Assembly (NCBI RefSeq): GCF_000010625.1
Contig: NC_010296.1
Span: forward strand, 3,960,001 to 3,992,000
Reading direction: 5' to 3'
DNA: 32,000 bases
Origin: Microcystis aeruginosa NIES-843
GTDB taxonomy: Bacteria > Cyanobacteriota > Cyanobacteriia > Cyanobacteriales > Microcystaceae
Shown: positions 31,314-32,000 of the stretch, one piece after another
Numbering within the stretch: the stretch's first letter is position 1
Layout of the letters: each line of letters opens with the position of its first letter
Made by a program: the position numbers and the translations under genes
The notes under the pieces: model-generated
What the model was told of the DNA's origin: nothing
The model's database searches: none
Seen by the model: the letters and a program-made list of their open reading frames with translations, nothing else

Positions 31314-31866
31314 GGCATTTAATTAAACATTCTGTCTTTCTATTTCGTTGTCTTAATGAGTATAATCGAGCGCAAAATGAGGTAATTATGCTCACGAAGT
31401 CTTGCCTTAAATCGTCTTTTCTTTCTTCTGCTAGATTAACGACCTCTATATCTCTATTTGTTTGAGTTAAAAGAACTTTCAGATAATTAAACCCTACTCT
31501 GCTTAAACGATCTTTATGTTCTACGACAATCAAATTATAATCAGTTTGTTCTAGAAGTTTTAATAATAGCTTTCGATGATCATTGACTCCACTTCCTACT
31601 TCTTTAACTACTCGAACAATTTGATAGCCTTTCGCAATACAATAAGCTTCCAATCTTTTTGCCTGAGTCTCTAAGTCAGATTTATTTTCTGAACTAGAAA
31701 CTCGCGCATAAATAGCTACTTTATTTTCACCGCAAGAACGGTCATCTTCAAAAATAATAATTGTTCCTGTAGGAAGACGTTCTCCTTGTAACTGCCCTCG
31801 ATTCCACATTCTCCAAGCAGTGTCATAACTGATCCCTTTTTTCTTAGCATAATCTGATAGTTTCAT
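31273..31866 (-). CDS. tnpA: IS607-family serine recombinase transposase TnpA
   Basis: 197-aa ORF with a MerR-like HTH (LSDYAKKKGISYDTAWRMW) and a serine-recombinase core (AIYARVSSSENKSDLETQ...VVEHKDRLSR). It overlaps the tnpB start by 41 nt. Confidence 0.85.
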   Translation of the reverse strand: MKLSDYAKKKGISYDTAWRMWNRGQLQGERLPTGTIIIFEDDRSCGENKVAIYARVSSSENKSDLETQAKRLEAYCIAKGYQIVRVVKEVGSGVNDHRKLLLKLLEQTDYNLIVVEHKDRLSRVGFNYLKVLLTQTNRDIEVVNLAEERKDDLRQDFVSIITSFCARLYSLRQRNRKTECLIKCLEENDEISSKTSN

Positions 31867-32000
31867 GTGAACTGCAATGTAAACTTGTACTAACCATATT
31901 AGCAGTTGTTTGCAGTCATTTGCATATATTTTTTACAAAACTTTACAATACTCTCTCGCAAGAGTACAAGAGCGACTATCTCAACAATCTGTTATTTTTC

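Overview
This window looks cyanobacterial: HIP1 GCGATCGC palindromes are frequent and the IS/MITE load is Microcystis-like. Ordinary genes sit at the flanks (NDH-2, KaiB-like protein with a pseudo-receiver partner, 2Fe-2S ferredoxin, NnrU, thioredoxin, cysteine-synthase-like enzyme, desaturase-like protein). Between about 7.8 and 28.4 kb lies an accessory island heavily cut up by mobile DNA. The island holds two signalling or conflict-type modules, and both end in FGE-sulfatase (C-type-lectin fold) domains. Module (i) is a TerY-like vWA + PP2C + Ser/Thr-kinase-FGE-FGE triad. Two toxin-antitoxin cassettes and an IS separate its kinase from its partners, its 5' end is missing, and an IS701-type element splits it. 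Module (ii) is a tightly packed minus-strand operon: an HTH/VMAP-like protein (disrupted by a 182-bp MITE with a target-site duplication), a MoxR-like AAA+ ATPase, and a 961-aa SAV_2336-N/vWA-like protein ending in an FGE domain. A stand-alone FGE gene lies between the two modules. The main observation is that all four FGE C-termini contain a 102-105 nt cassette in which the invariant blocks contain no adenine and nearly every variable codon is NNC or NNT. That is the footprint expected of diversity-generating retroelement (DGR) variable regions copied from an AAC-rich template. No reverse transcriptase or template repeat is visible in this window. The three terminal FGE genes also share a conserved T-rich 3' flank. 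Other content: three type II TA pairs (MNT/HepT, RHH/VapC, UPF0175/DUF3368-PIN), an IS630 copy, an IS607-type tnpA/tnpB element, several MITE families, a 17-unit 12/9-nt tandem array, and a noncanonical ParA/ParB-like pair. No rRNA, tRNA or CRISPR array was recognised. All family assignments are motif recognition by eye, not database searches.
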